Positions 1-10,774 are shown, counted from the stretch's first letter. The stretch: 64,000 bases of DNA from Nitrospirota bacterium (GCA_963790205.1 CAWBNQ010000008.1:160001-224000), one strand, 5' to 3'. The notes: generated from the sequence alone by a model not told the origin. Numbers and translations are program-made.

Positions 1-2
1 GG

Positions 3-1370
3 CTCTCGGACGCGAGACTCTACGAGGTCATTGTGTTTGAAAACGGCGATGAGGGGATCGTATTCGATCTCGACACCTCCAGTATCGGGATTGTGCTGCT
101 TTCGGGAAGCAACGGAATCAAGGCCGGGGACCGGGCGTACAAGACGGAGCGGATCGCCTCGGTCAATGCGGGGGCGGCACTCCTGGGGAACGTCGTGGAC
201 GCCCTCGGCAGACCGATCGACGGTGGGCCGCTTTCGGGGCCGATGCAGGCCTATCCCGTGGAACGGGAGGCCCCGCCTTTGGTCATGAGGGACTTCGTGT
301 CTGAGCCGCTTTTCACGGGGCTCAAAGTGATCGATGCCATGTTTCCCATCGGCAGGGGCCAGCGTGAGTTGATCATCGGCGACCCTTCGACGGGAAAGAC
401 GGCCATCGCCCTCGACGCGATCATCAGCCAGAAGCACACCGACGTGATCTGCATCTATGCGGCCATCGGCCAGAAGAAGTCGCGCGTCCTGAAGGTGATC
501 GAGGAAATAAAACGGTACGGCGACTTCTCGAAATGCATCTGTGTCGTTGCCGACGCCTCGGCCTCGCTGGGGCTTCAGTATATCGCTCCCTACGGCGCCA
601 CCGCCCTGGCCGAGTATTTCATCGACCGGGGCAGGGACGTCCTCATCATCTATGACGACCTGACAAAGCACGCCGAGGCGTATCGCTCGCTCAGCCTTCT
701 TTTGCGGCGGCCGCCCGGTCGGGAGGCGTATCCCGGAGACATCTTCTTCATCCATTCGCGGCTGCTCGAGCGCTCAGCAAAGCTCGGCCGCGAGTACGGC
801 GGCGGTTCGATCACGGCGCTCCCGATCGTCGAGACCCAGCAAGGCAGGATCTCGTCGTACATCCCGACGAACCTGATCTCCATCACCGACGGGCAGATCT
901 ATCTCGACACGCTTCTGTTCAACAAGGGGTTCCGGCCGGCGGTGAACGTCGGCAAATCGGTATCGAGGATCGGGGGCAAGGCGCAGGTCGAGGCGATGAA
1001 GGCCGTAGCGGAGAGGCTCAAGATCGACTATTCGCGGTTTATCGAGGTCGAGGTGTTCACGAAATTCGGGGCCCGCGTGGAAGAAGAGACGGCGCAGCTC
1101 ATCCGGCGCGGGGAGCGTCTGCGGGAAGTGCTGAAACAGCCGCGGTTCCGGCCCTGCACCCTCGACGAAGAAGTGCTGAGCTTTTTGATCGTGGAGTCGG
1201 GCGTCCTTGATACCGCGGACCTCGTTCCCGCGGAGACGCTCTGCCGGGGGCTGCTTTCCCGGATACGGCGCGAGCTCCCGGAACTCACGGAACGGATACG
1301 GCGCGAAGGCAGGCTGAGCGAACCCGACCTGGCCAGGGTGAAGGAATATATCGGGAAGGGAGGGACGTAG
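3..1370 (+). CDS. atpA: F0F1 ATP synthase subunit alpha (N-ATPase/alternative type), 5'-truncated by the window edge
   Basis: Walker A GDPSTGKT, PPGREAYPGDIF and GRGQRELIIGD motifs; the frame is open back to position 3 (LSDARLYEVIVFENG). Confidence 0.95.
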   Translation, partial: LSDARLYEVIVFENGDEGIVFDLDTSSIGIVLLSGSNGIKAGDRAYKTERIASVNAGAALLGNVVDALGRPIDGGPLSGPMQAYPVEREAPPLVMRDFVSEPLFTGLKVIDAMFPIGRGQRELIIGDPSTGKTAIALDAIISQKHTDVICIYAAIGQKKSRVLKVIEEIKRYGDFSKCICVVADASASLGLQYIAPYGATALAEYFIDRGRDVLIIYDDLTKHAEAYRSLSLLLRRPPGREAYPGDIFFIHSRLLERSAKLGREYGGGSITALPIVETQQGRISSYIPTNLISITDGQIYLDTLLFNKGFRPAVNVGKSVSRIGGKAQVEAMKAVAERLKIDYSRFIEVEVFTKFGARVEEETAQLIRRGERLREVLKQPRFRPCTLDEEVLSFLIVESGVLDTADLVPAETLCRGLLSRIRRELPELTERIRREGRLSEPDLARVKEYIGKGGT

Positions 1371-1372
1371 CC

Positions 1373-2212
1373 GTGCGCTCTTCGTCGGATATCGAACGAA
1401 CGATCGGAAGCTTCCGCGCCATCGACGACATCGTCGGCGCCATGAAGGCCTACGCCGGAATGGCAATCCGGAAGACTGGGGAACTGGTGCAGAACGTCAG
1501 GGTCTACGAAAACAACGTGCTCCTCGCCATGGCGGATCTTTCGGCCCATGATCCCGGAATAACGCTGGAAATACCGACCCCGGGAAAGCGGATTGTCATG
1601 ACCTTCGGCTCTTCCCAGGGGCTCTGCGGCCCCTATAACGAAATGGTCGCCGATGCCGCGGCCGCCTTCGCACTTCCGGGTGACGCCCTCTTCGTCATCG
1701 GCAAGCGGCTCCAAGGTGTCTTCGAGGCCCGGCACATCGACTGCGTTGCGTACGAAGACACCGTGGGGAGCGTGAGCGGTATCGGGGAGGCGCTGAAAAA
1801 TACGGTGGAACGTCTCAAACTCGTGTACGCGCATGAAGAATACGACAGCATCACCCTTGTCTTCATGAGAATATCGGAAAAAAAACCGCAGGTCAACGTG
1901 GAACGGATCCTGCCCCCCGACCGGGAGCTGGTGCGTGCGCTCCGGCCAGTTTGCTTTCCGCCGCTGACCTATCTCGGACCTCGTGACGTCTTCGCGAGGG
2001 TTCTGGAGGAATTCCTTTTCATAAGTCTCTACCGGTGCTACCTCGAATCACTCAGGAGCGAAAACTGGTTCCGCCTGCGGAGCATGGAAGGGGCGACCGA
2101 AAGTCTGAAAAGGCGGCTGGCGGACCTAGGCTCGCTCCAGAAGTTCGCTCGACAGGAGGAGATTACGGAAGAGATGCTCGAGATACTCGGGAGCGGGGCA
2201 TTCTACCGGTGA
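1373..2212 (+). CDS. atpG: F0F1 ATP synthase subunit gamma (N-ATPase type)
   Basis: Directly after atpA; IVGAMK, GLCGPYN, RLRSMEGAT and ARQEEITEEMLEI motifs. Confidence 0.92.
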   Translation: MRSSSDIERTIGSFRAIDDIVGAMKAYAGMAIRKTGELVQNVRVYENNVLLAMADLSAHDPGITLEIPTPGKRIVMTFGSSQGLCGPYNEMVADAAAAFALPGDALFVIGKRLQGVFEARHIDCVAYEDTVGSVSGIGEALKNTVERLKLVYAHEEYDSITLVFMRISEKKPQVNVERILPPDRELVRALRPVCFPPLTYLGPRDVFARVLEEFLFISLYRCYLESLRSENWFRLRSMEGATESLKRRLADLGSLQKFARQEEITEEMLEILGSGAFYR

Positions 2213-2333
2213 GAAGAGACGGGCGGGTCAGTCCGAATGAGTCAACAGTGTTTGTATTTCATGAGGACGGCGATTATGATCGTTATGTGCCGGGCAGGTG
2301 AGCACCTTGTCTGATGAGCAAAAGACGCTTCCC

Positions 2334-3158
2334 ATGAAGATGCCGTTTCGCTTTATCCTCCGGCTGATGCTGATTTTGATGGCCGCTACGGCCTTTGCCG
2401 GCAGTGGTGCGACGGGGGACGCGGCAGTGGCAATAAAAACCGGCTTGAGCAACGGGTCCTACACCGATACCGAGACGGGCATGGAATTCGTGCTCGTCAA
2501 AGGCGGCTGCTACCAGATGGGCGATACGTTCGGCGACGGCTATGCCAACGAAAAGCCCGTGCATGAGGTGTGTGTCGATGATTATTACATCGGCAAATTT
2601 AAAGTGACGCAGGGCCAGTGGAAAAAAGTGCGAGGTACTAATCCGTCGTATTTTATAAATTGCGGCGACGACTGTCCTGTGGAGAATGTAAGCTGGAACG
2701 ACGCGCAGGAGTTCATCCGCGTCCTGAACCGGCGCACCGGCAAGACCTATCGGCTGCTCACCGAGGCGGAGTGGGAATACGCGGCCCGGAGCAGAGGCAA
2801 ACGGGAGAGATGGGCAGGCACGAACAACGAAGCAGAGCTGGGCGATTATGCCTGGTACAGCGCCAACTCCGGCAATCAGACCCACCCTGTAGGCAGGAAG
2901 AAACCGAACGGGATCGGCATCTATGATATGAGCGGGAGTGTGTGGGAATGGGTTCAGGACAGGTACAGCAGCACGGCGTATTCTTCTCATAGCAGAAACA
3001 ATCCCTTATATATGGGGAGCGGTACCGGGCATGTATTTCGAGGCGGCAGCTGGTACTACAATCCGACGGGTGTCCGTGCCGCATTTCGCAATCGCCGCTC
3101 TCCGTCTAACATCATCAGGCATCATAATATCGGTTTCCGCCTTGCCATGACCCCGTAA
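2334..3158 (+). CDS. Secreted formylglycine-generating-enzyme (SUMF1) domain protein
   Basis: Signal peptide; YQMG, RLLTEAEWEYAAR, GIYDMSGSVWEW, RGGSW and IGFRL motifs; start could be 2298. Confidence 0.85.
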   Translation: MKMPFRFILRLMLILMAATAFAGSGATGDAAVAIKTGLSNGSYTDTETGMEFVLVKGGCYQMGDTFGDGYANEKPVHEVCVDDYYIGKFKVTQGQWKKVRGTNPSYFINCGDDCPVENVSWNDAQEFIRVLNRRTGKTYRLLTEAEWEYAARSRGKRERWAGTNNEAELGDYAWYSANSGNQTHPVGRKKPNGIGIYDMSGSVWEWVQDRYSSTAYSSHSRNNPLYMGSGTGHVFRGGSWYYNPTGVRAAFRNRRSPSNIIRHHNIGFRLAMTP

Positions 3159-3180
3159 CATTATCGGGAGGAGACGCTCC

Positions 3181-4866
3181 ATGAACTCTCTAGGAAAATA
3201 TCTACGCAGCGTCGTCCGTTTTGTCACGATTTTAATTATACTGGCCAGACAGCTGTTTATTAATCTGCCCTACCGGTTCATATTCGTACCCAGGCCGAAG
3301 AGCAGAAAGGCGATCGGCAAATACCTGAAGACCAGAGGACCGAAGATCAGCGCGCCGGCCGTTGCGAAAGACACCCTTGAGATGCTCGGGCCTACCTATG
3401 TGAAATTCGGGCAATTCCTGAGCATCAGACCGGACTTGATTCCACCTGAGTTTTGCAACGAATTCAGGAAACTGCAGGACAAGGTCCCCCCGTTTTCCTA
3501 CGCGCACGTGAAAAAGGAACTCGAAAAAGAATTAAAACGGGACCACACCGAGGTCTTCAGCGAGTTCGACGAAACGCCGGTGGCAGCGGCCTCAGTGTCC
3601 CAGGTCCACCGCGCGCGGCTCCGGACGGGTGAAGAAGTGGCGGTGAAGGTCCAGCGCCCGGGGATACGGGAAGAGATGGAGGAAGATATCCTGATCATGC
3701 TGTTCTTCGCGATCCTCCTGGAGAAGTTCGTGCCCTCGCTCAGGAAGAACCAGCCTGTCATGCTCATCCATGAGTTCTCGCGATGGACCGACCGCGAGCT
3801 CGATTTCTGCCAGGAAGGGAAAAATGCGCTGCATTTCTTCTATTTCTTCAAGGACTATCCGCGGGTAAAAATCCCGAAGGTCTTCCTGGAGCACACGACC
3901 GAGAAAATCCTCGTCATGGAGTTCATCCACGGCGTCAATACGCTCGAGGCCCCTCCGGAGTCCATCGACAAGAAAGCAACGGCCCGCCTCATTGCGGAGT
4001 CCATGCTGAAACAGATATTTGTGGACGGGTTCTTTCATGGAGACCCTCATGCGGGGAACATCTTTCTCCTGGGGAAAAATGCCATCGCCTATCTTGATTT
4101 CGGGATCGTGGGTTATTTATCCGAGGACTTGAGGGCGTGGACGTTCGACATCCTCTACGGCATGTCGGAGGGAAACGTTGATAGGGTCATCGAGTCGTTC
4201 CTGGAACTCTGCAATGTCAGTGAAGAGGAAGTGAACGTCGCCGTCTATCGCCGCCAGATGAATGAAGTGCTTTCCGAATTGCACATTTGTGAAATGGCCG
4301 GGATCCCTTTTACGCACATGATGGAGCGGTTCCTGAACACGAGCCTCGAATACGGCATCGATATTCCGCATGATTTCGTGATGATGTCCAAGGCGATCGC
4401 CACGCTCGAAGGAACATGCATGTCGCTCGATCCGGAAATAAGGATCGTCGAGTATCTGAAGCCGTTCGTACAGAAATATATAACGACCGTCCCGGAATGG
4501 GACGACGTCATAAAACAGCTGAAGGCGGGTCCCTTTGAATTGGGCAAGCTGAGGCGGTTGATCGTCAAGCACGGCATGAGAGCGCTTCACCTCCTTGAAA
4601 GGCCCACCTTCCGGATCGAGGGAGGAGAATTCAGAAACATCGTGCGGGAGGTGGAGAAATCAAGCGTCAACGTCGCCTATGGACTTCTCATCGCCGCCCT
4701 GGTTGTATTCGCGGCCAGCGTCAGCAATGAAAGCGCATTCGAACAATGGCTGATGGGAGTATTCCATCTGCCCATCATGCCGATTCTTTCGATCGGCAGC
4801 CTGGTTGTCGCCGGCTATCTGTGGCTGCGGCTTTACCTGCGGAACCGGCCGGCAAAAAGAAGATAA
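3181..4866 (+). CDS. ABC1/UbiB (AarF) family atypical kinase
   Basis: LGPTYVKFGQ, AAASVSQVH, VAVKVQRP, FFHGDPHAGN and LDFG motifs; C-terminal TM helices. Confidence 0.92.
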   Translation: MNSLGKYLRSVVRFVTILIILARQLFINLPYRFIFVPRPKSRKAIGKYLKTRGPKISAPAVAKDTLEMLGPTYVKFGQFLSIRPDLIPPEFCNEFRKLQDKVPPFSYAHVKKELEKELKRDHTEVFSEFDETPVAAASVSQVHRARLRTGEEVAVKVQRPGIREEMEEDILIMLFFAILLEKFVPSLRKNQPVMLIHEFSRWTDRELDFCQEGKNALHFFYFFKDYPRVKIPKVFLEHTTEKILVMEFIHGVNTLEAPPESIDKKATARLIAESMLKQIFVDGFFHGDPHAGNIFLLGKNAIAYLDFGIVGYLSEDLRAWTFDILYGMSEGNVDRVIESFLELCNVSEEEVNVAVYRRQMNEVLSELHICEMAGIPFTHMMERFLNTSLEYGIDIPHDFVMMSKAIATLEGTCMSLDPEIRIVEYLKPFVQKYITTVPEWDDVIKQLKAGPFELGKLRRLIVKHGMRALHLLERPTFRIEGGEFRNIVREVEKSSVNVAYGLLIAALVVFAASVSNESAFEQWLMGVFHLPIMPILSIGSLVVAGYLWLRLYLRNRPAKRR

Positions 4867-4894
4867 ATTCCGCTTTTCATACATGGAGAGAAAC

Positions 4895-7498
4895 ATGAGC
4901 CAACGAACGGACGATTATGCTCAGCACACGATAGAGGAAACTCTCAAGTCTTTGCAGGCGAACGCTGAACGCGGCCTGAGTAACGGGGAGGCGGTCAAAC
5001 GCCTCGCGCAGTACGGCTACAACGAGATCAGGGAAAAGGAAGAGCCGCTCTGGCACCGTATCTTCCGGCGTTTCTGGGGGCCGATCCCCTGGATGATCGA
5101 GACCGCGGCCATCCTCTCGGCGATGGTCCAGAAGTGGGATGACTTCATCATCATTGCCGTCCTGCTTCTGGTGAACGCGGGCCTCGATTTTTTCCAGGAG
5201 CACCGCGCCCTGAACGCGCTCCGGGCTCTGAAGCAGCGCATGACCGCCGAGATCATCGTGCTGCGCGATGGGGAGTTCAAGACCATCCCCTCGCGGGAGC
5301 TGGTGTCCGGCGACATCGTCAAGCTGCGGATCGGAAACATCGTGCCCGCCGACGTGCAGCTGCTCAAGGGCGATTACCTCCTTATCGACCAGTCGGCCCT
5401 TACCGGCGAGTCCCTGCCGGTGAGCAAGAAGGCGAACGAGGTTGCCTATGCCAGCACCATCGTCAAGCAGGGCGAGATGCTGGCCGTGGTGGTGAACACC
5501 GGTGCGGACACCAACTTCCATACCGTCGTGGCCCTGGTGGCCAGTGCGTCGCTGGAGGAGCGCAGCCACTTCCAGAAGATGGTGATCAAGATCGGCGACT
5601 TCCTTATCATGATCACCGTGGTCCTGGTGGTGCTCATCGTCATGACGGCCCTGTTCCGCCATGAGCATTTCCTCGAGATCGCGCGCTTCGCCCTGGTCTT
5701 GACCGTGGCGTCCATTCCCGTGGCCCTGCCGGCGGTGCTGTCGGTCACCATGGCCGTGGGCGCCATGAACCTGGCGCGGCGCCAGGCCATCGTCTCGCGG
5801 CTTACCGCCATCGAGGAACTTGCCGGGGTGGACGTGTTCTGCTCGGACAAGACCGGCACGCTTACCAAAAACGAGATGCAGGTGGCCGAGCCGGTCGTGC
5901 TCGGTAAGCATACGGAGCAGGAACTCTTCCTGGTTGCGGCCCTGGCCTCCCGGCTGGAGAACCGCGATCCCATCGAACTTCCCCTATTCCATTATCTGAA
6001 GGAGCATTTTCCTGATGGGGACTGGAAGACCTACAGGCAGCTCGGTTTCACGCCCTTTGATCCCGTGCGCAAGCGCACGGAGGCCGAGATCGAAAAAGGA
6101 GGGGAGCGTTTTGTAGCAATGAAGGGAGCGGCGCAAGTCCTGCTCGGAATGACCCAACTCTCAGACGACCAAACGCATTCCGTCAATCAAACAGTGGACC
6201 AGCTTGCGGCCAAGGGGTATCGGACCCTGGCCGTGGGACGAAAAACGGGGGGCGCGCCCCTGGACCTGCTGGGGCTGATCCCGATGTACGATCCGCCGCG
6301 CGACGATTCCAAACAGGTCATCGCGGACATGCAGAATCATGGGGTCGAAGTAAAGATGGTCACCGGCGACAACATGGCCATCGCCCGGGAGATCGGCGGC
6401 ATCCTGGGACTGAAGCAGCGCACCATGCGTTCCGAACAGCTCTCCGGCTCCGGCAGCAGCGAGTTGTTATCTCTGGCGTCCGTTCTTTCGGCGGCAATTT
6501 ACCAGAGGCTCAAGCCGGAGGTCACGCGCAAGGAGGCGCAGCGCTTCGCCGGCGAAGTGATGGAGGCGGTCGCGGCACTGTACGATACCCGCCTGCTTGA
6601 GCGTGAGTTTCTCCACACCCACGAGTCGGCCATCGTCGGGATGATCGAAGCGGTGGACATCTTCGCCGAGGTCGTGCCGGAGGACAAGTACCGCATCGTG
6701 GACACGCTCCAGAAGGGCGGACACATCGTGGCCATGACCGGCGACGGGGTGAACGACGCGCCGGCGCTCAAGAAGGCCGACTGCGGCATCGCCGTGTCCA
6801 ACGCCACGGACGCGGCCCGGGCCGCGGCGGATATCATCCTGACCGCGCCGGGCCTGGGGGTCATCAACGAGGCGGTCAAACAGGCGCGCATCACCTTCGA
6901 GCGCATGAAGAGCTACTCCATCTTCCGCATCGCCGAGACGATCCGCATAATCCTGTTCATGACGCTTTCCATCGTGGTGTTCAATTTCTATCCCATCACG
7001 GCGCTCATGATCATCCTCCTGGCCCTCTTGAACGACATCCCTATCCTGGCCATCGCCTACGACAACACGAAGGTGGATGTCAAACCGGTGCGCTGGAACA
7101 TGCCTGAGATGCTCACGGTTTCGAGCGTGCTGGGAATCGCCGGCGTGTTCGCTTCGTTTCTCCTGTTTTTCCTGCTCAAGGAATACGGCTTTGCTGAGGA
7201 CGTGATCCGGAGCATGCTGTTCCTCAAGCTGATCGTGGCCGGCCACAGCACCCTCTACATCACGCGCACCGACGGCTGGTTCTGGCAGCGGCCCTGGCCC
7301 GCGCCTCTCCTCTTCGGCGCGACCTTCGGCACGGAGATCATCGGGACCCTGATCGCGGTGTACGGTTTTCTGATCACGCCCGTGGGCTGGAAGTACGCGC
7401 TCTGGATGTGGGCCTATGCGCTCGTGTGGTTCGTGTTCAACAACGTCGTAAAGATAGGGGCCTATCGGTTGATGCGGAGGCGGGAAGTGATCGGCTAG
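4895..7498 (+). CDS. Plasma-membrane proton-efflux P-type ATPase (P3A)
   Basis: TGES, DKTGTLT, TGD and GDGVNDAPALK motifs; FWGPIPWMIE, SIPVALP and LLNDIP (proton-acceptor Asp) are typical of P3A; ATG at 4895 follows GGAG. Confidence 0.92.
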   Translation: MSQRTDDYAQHTIEETLKSLQANAERGLSNGEAVKRLAQYGYNEIREKEEPLWHRIFRRFWGPIPWMIETAAILSAMVQKWDDFIIIAVLLLVNAGLDFFQEHRALNALRALKQRMTAEIIVLRDGEFKTIPSRELVSGDIVKLRIGNIVPADVQLLKGDYLLIDQSALTGESLPVSKKANEVAYASTIVKQGEMLAVVVNTGADTNFHTVVALVASASLEERSHFQKMVIKIGDFLIMITVVLVVLIVMTALFRHEHFLEIARFALVLTVASIPVALPAVLSVTMAVGAMNLARRQAIVSRLTAIEELAGVDVFCSDKTGTLTKNEMQVAEPVVLGKHTEQELFLVAALASRLENRDPIELPLFHYLKEHFPDGDWKTYRQLGFTPFDPVRKRTEAEIEKGGERFVAMKGAAQVLLGMTQLSDDQTHSVNQTVDQLAAKGYRTLAVGRKTGGAPLDLLGLIPMYDPPRDDSKQVIADMQNHGVEVKMVTGDNMAIAREIGGILGLKQRTMRSEQLSGSGSSELLSLASVLSAAIYQRLKPEVTRKEAQRFAGEVMEAVAALYDTRLLEREFLHTHESAIVGMIEAVDIFAEVVPEDKYRIVDTLQKGGHIVAMTGDGVNDAPALKKADCGIAVSNATDAARAAADIILTAPGLGVINEAVKQARITFERMKSYSIFRIAETIRIILFMTLSIVVFNFYPITALMIILLALLNDIPILAIAYDNTKVDVKPVRWNMPEMLTVSSVLGIAGVFASFLLFFLLKEYGFAEDVIRSMLFLKLIVAGHSTLYITRTDGWFWQRPWPAPLLFGATFGTEIIGTLIAVYGFLITPVGWKYALWMWAYALVWFVFNNVVKIGAYRLMRRREVIG

Positions 7499-7594
7499 TT
7501 CATTGTCAAGGGGTGCGACTCGAGCTGCTCGATCGTGGCTTAACGAGCGTGATCATTTGGACAGCATTTACGCTCTTTCTGTTTTGAGGAGGAT

Positions 7595-9400
7595 ATGATA
7601 AAGACGGCGTTCGACATTATGAGAAAACCAATGAAAAGGGCGGGGTTTCTGATCCTTGCTACGCTCACCGGACTGATCGCCGGACTAGGCGCCGTCGTTT
7701 TCCGCGCGCTCATCGCGTTCGTACACAACGGACTCTTTTACGGCAGGTTCTCGACCGTCTATGACGCGAACCTGCACACTGCTCCCAGTACCTGGGGTCC
7801 CTTCGTTATTCTGGTGCCGGTGCTCGGCTCATTGGGCGTGACCTTCCTCGTCACCCGGTTTGCTCCGGAAGCGAAGGGCCACGGCGTGCCCGAGGTGATG
7901 GACGCCGTGTACTACGGCAAGGGCGTAGTGCGTCCCGTCGTTGCCGTGTTCAAGTCCCTTGCCTCGGCTCTTTCCATCGGCAGCGGCGGGTCCGTGGGAA
8001 GGGAGGGGCCGATCGCTCAGATCGGCTCGGCCTTCGGGTCCACTTTGGGCCGGATCTTCACCATGACCACGAAGCAGCGCATCACGCTGATAGCCGCCGG
8101 CGCGGGCGGGGGTATCGCCGCGACCTTCAACACGCCCATCGGCGGCATCCTATTCGCGGTCGAGCTGCTGCTGCACGAAGTGAGCGTGGCTACGTTGGTG
8201 CCTGTTGCGGTCACCACGGTCACGGCAACGTACGTAGGTCAGCTTTTCTTCGGCGTCCATCCGTCCTTCGTCATCCCTGCGCTGCAGCAGCCTTACTTCC
8301 ATCCGCTCAACCCTTGGCTCCTCGGCCCCTATGCCGCGCTCGGCGTGGTCATGGGCCTGGCGTCCACAATATATATCCATTCGCTCTACGTGGCCGAGGA
8401 CTTTTTCGAGAAACGCACTGTGAAAAATCCCTATCTGCAACACGGAATGGGCATGCTGGCCGTGGGAGGGCTGATGTACGTCCTGATGACCACGACCGGC
8501 AATTATTATGTCGACGGCGTCGGCTACTCGACGATCCAGGACATCCTGACAGGGAAAATGAATGCTGTACCTATTCTCGTGCTGCTGTTCTTTCTGAAGC
8601 TCCTGGCGACCGCCCTCACCCTGGGTTCGGGGGGCTCGGGCGGGATCTTCTCGCCGTCACTGTTCCTGGGCGCAACCGCCGGAGGCGCCTTCGGGATCGT
8701 TCTCCAGCATGTGTTTCCGCATACGCCGGTAAGCCCGACAGCCTTTGCCGTGGCGGGCATGGCAGGAATGGTGGGCGGCGCCACGGGCGCGGCCATGACG
8801 GCGATCGTCATGATTTTCGAGATGACCCTGGATTACAGCGTCATCCTGCCGATGACGATGACCGTAGTGCTGAGTTACGGCACCCGCACACTGCTCACGA
8901 GGGAAAGCATCTATACGATGAAACTCGCCCGTCGGGAGCACTATATTCCCGCGGCCCTTCAGGCGAACCTGCTGCATGTCAGGCGTGCACGGGACATTAT
9001 GGAGAAGCCCGTCGTGACAATATCATCATCGGACAGTCTGGATGTTCTTGCCAGCCGCTCTGTTGAGCATCAGCATGTACGGTGGTTCCTCGTGGTTGAT
9101 GGCGGTCATATCGCCGGTGTTGCGCCGAGGGATTATGCGCTGTCTGCCTCTGAGACCGAGCGCAGGGGCTGGCACTCCGTGGCTGACGTGATGCGGCGCG
9201 ACTTTATTCTTGCCCGCGAGAAAGAGACGATGGACAGCATCGTTGCACGCATGCACCGGCCGCACGCCGCGGTGGCAATCGTGCTTAGATATCCGAGCTC
9301 CCCGCCATCGGCCGTCGACGTTAGGGGTATTATCACCTGGGAGCGTGTCGCAGAACTGCTGGAGGAGAATGTTGATCTGTTTTCGGAAGCTCGGGAATAG
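7595..9400 (+). CDS. ClC chloride channel/transporter with C-terminal CBS pair
   Basis: GHGVPE, GREGP, GGIFSPSLFLG and SIYT motifs; CBS domains. Confidence 0.92.
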   Translation: MIKTAFDIMRKPMKRAGFLILATLTGLIAGLGAVVFRALIAFVHNGLFYGRFSTVYDANLHTAPSTWGPFVILVPVLGSLGVTFLVTRFAPEAKGHGVPEVMDAVYYGKGVVRPVVAVFKSLASALSIGSGGSVGREGPIAQIGSAFGSTLGRIFTMTTKQRITLIAAGAGGGIAATFNTPIGGILFAVELLLHEVSVATLVPVAVTTVTATYVGQLFFGVHPSFVIPALQQPYFHPLNPWLLGPYAALGVVMGLASTIYIHSLYVAEDFFEKRTVKNPYLQHGMGMLAVGGLMYVLMTTTGNYYVDGVGYSTIQDILTGKMNAVPILVLLFFLKLLATALTLGSGGSGGIFSPSLFLGATAGGAFGIVLQHVFPHTPVSPTAFAVAGMAGMVGGATGAAMTAIVMIFEMTLDYSVILPMTMTVVLSYGTRTLLTRESIYTMKLARREHYIPAALQANLLHVRRARDIMEKPVVTISSSDSLDVLASRSVEHQHVRWFLVVDGGHIAGVAPRDYALSASETERRGWHSVADVMRRDFILAREKETMDSIVARMHRPHAAVAIVLRYPSSPPSAVDVRGIITWERVAELLEENVDLFSEARE

Positions 9401-9526
9401 TATCTTCCGCTCCTTTCACCGAAGGGTGATGACCGTACCTGCGGGATTCCGCCCCCCAGAAACTGATAGAAAATGGCCAACGACGCAGCCTTGTGAAACT
9501 GCAACTCCTGCGCGTCGTTTTCGCTG

Positions 9527-10000
9527 TTATGCCTGCCAGGGGTAGGGCGCCGGCTTCGGCTCTCGCTTCACGAGAAGGATCGAGCAGGGCATCCTCCGGA
9601 TAAGGTCTTCATTGTCCCTTCCGAAGAGGAAGTGTTCGAGCCGCGATTCTTCATGTGCCGGGAGCACAAGGAGGTCGATCTTTTCCTCCCGTATGATCTT
9701 CTCGATCTCCTCAACAGGCTTCCCTTCCCGGATCAGTTCTTTGACGGCCATGCCCTGACGTTTTTCCTCGGCAACGAGGTCGTCCATCTCTTTCCTCGTT
9801 TTCTCGAGCAGACGGCGAAGGTCCTGCTCCAGCGATGGGAGAGGAAGGTTCCATCCCTCGATTCCGAAAGGATTGTGAATGATGTGTGCGACGTATAACT
9901 CCGCGCCAAAGCTCCGGGTCTGGTCCACAGCAGCACGGACCACGGGGCCGCAACGGCTCGTCAGCCTGCAGACGACGAGAACCCGTTTGGTGCTGTCCAT
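9527..10000 (-). CDS. Universal stress protein
   Basis: GKPVEEI...IDLLVL and LIRRMPCSILLVK Usp signature. Confidence 0.88.
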   Translation of the reverse strand: MDSTKRVLVVCRLTSRCGPVVRAAVDQTRSFGAELYVAHIIHNPFGIEGWNLPLPSLEQDLRRLLEKTRKEMDDLVAEEKRQGMAVKELIREGKPVEEIEKIIREEKIDLLVLPAHEESRLEHFLFGRDNEDLIRRMPCSILLVKREPKPAPYPWQA

Positions 10001-10039
10001 GGTTAGCTCCTTTCTTCGGGTCAGCCTATGACAATATAA

Positions 10040-10570
10040 TTACGCGGCTTTCAGTTTCTGGGCCTTTTCGCGGAGCATCTTCATGGTTTCCCGCAGGAAC
10101 GCCGGCAGGTCAGAAGGCTGTCGCGAGGTCACGAGGTTGCCGTCCACAACGACGTCTTTGTACTCGAAGATCGCTCCCGCTGATTCCAACTCATCCACGA
10201 CGGCCGGGTCACCGGTGGCGTGTTTGCCCTTCAGCACCCCCGCAGTGATCAGCGTCTGAGGCCCGTGGCAGATGGCGGCGACCGGTTTATCCTTCATGAA
10301 GAAGTCCCGCGCGATCTCCACCGCCTTCGGTTCTTTTCGCACCGCCTCGGTCGCATCTCCTCCGGGCAGCACCAGGATGTCGTAGTCATCGGGGCTGACC
10401 TCTGCCAGGGTCTTTGTTACGGCCACTTCATATCCATGTTTGCCTTTGATCGGTTCTTTTTTCTGCATGGACGCAATGTCCACTTTGATGCCTTCTTCCA
10501 GGAACCGGTAGTAGGGTACGAGCAGTTCCGCATCATCATACCCGTCCGCGCTGATGAATAGTGCTTTCAT
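10040..10570 (-). CDS. PfpI/DJ-1 family protease or deglycase
   Basis: ELLVPY, LVLPGG, AICHGP nucleophile elbow and VVDGNLVTSR. Confidence 0.92.
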   Translation of the reverse strand: MKALFISADGYDDAELLVPYYRFLEEGIKVDIASMQKKEPIKGKHGYEVAVTKTLAEVSPDDYDILVLPGGDATEAVRKEPKAVEIARDFFMKDKPVAAICHGPQTLITAGVLKGKHATGDPAVVDELESAGAIFEYKDVVVDGNLVTSRQPSDLPAFLRETMKMLREKAQKLKAA

Positions 10571-10774
10571 GGAATTACCTCCTTAATCTGATCGGATCGT
10601 ATCTCGTCTTCGCGTTTAAAAACAATCGAACTCAGGATGTTCGCCGGTATTTTAGCGGAGCAAACCGTGTCTGATATAAGTTTATCACTCTTTTGAGAAT
10701 AATCGGAACGAACAGGCGTACTAAGGTAGGAGAAAGATAAAACCGATCAACGTCCATGGAAAGTCATATCAAAA

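Noticed and set aside
2334..3158. Diversity-generating retroelement target (FGE/CLec fold)
   Set aside because: No second copy of the 3' region (template repeat) and no reverse transcriptase were seen in the window.
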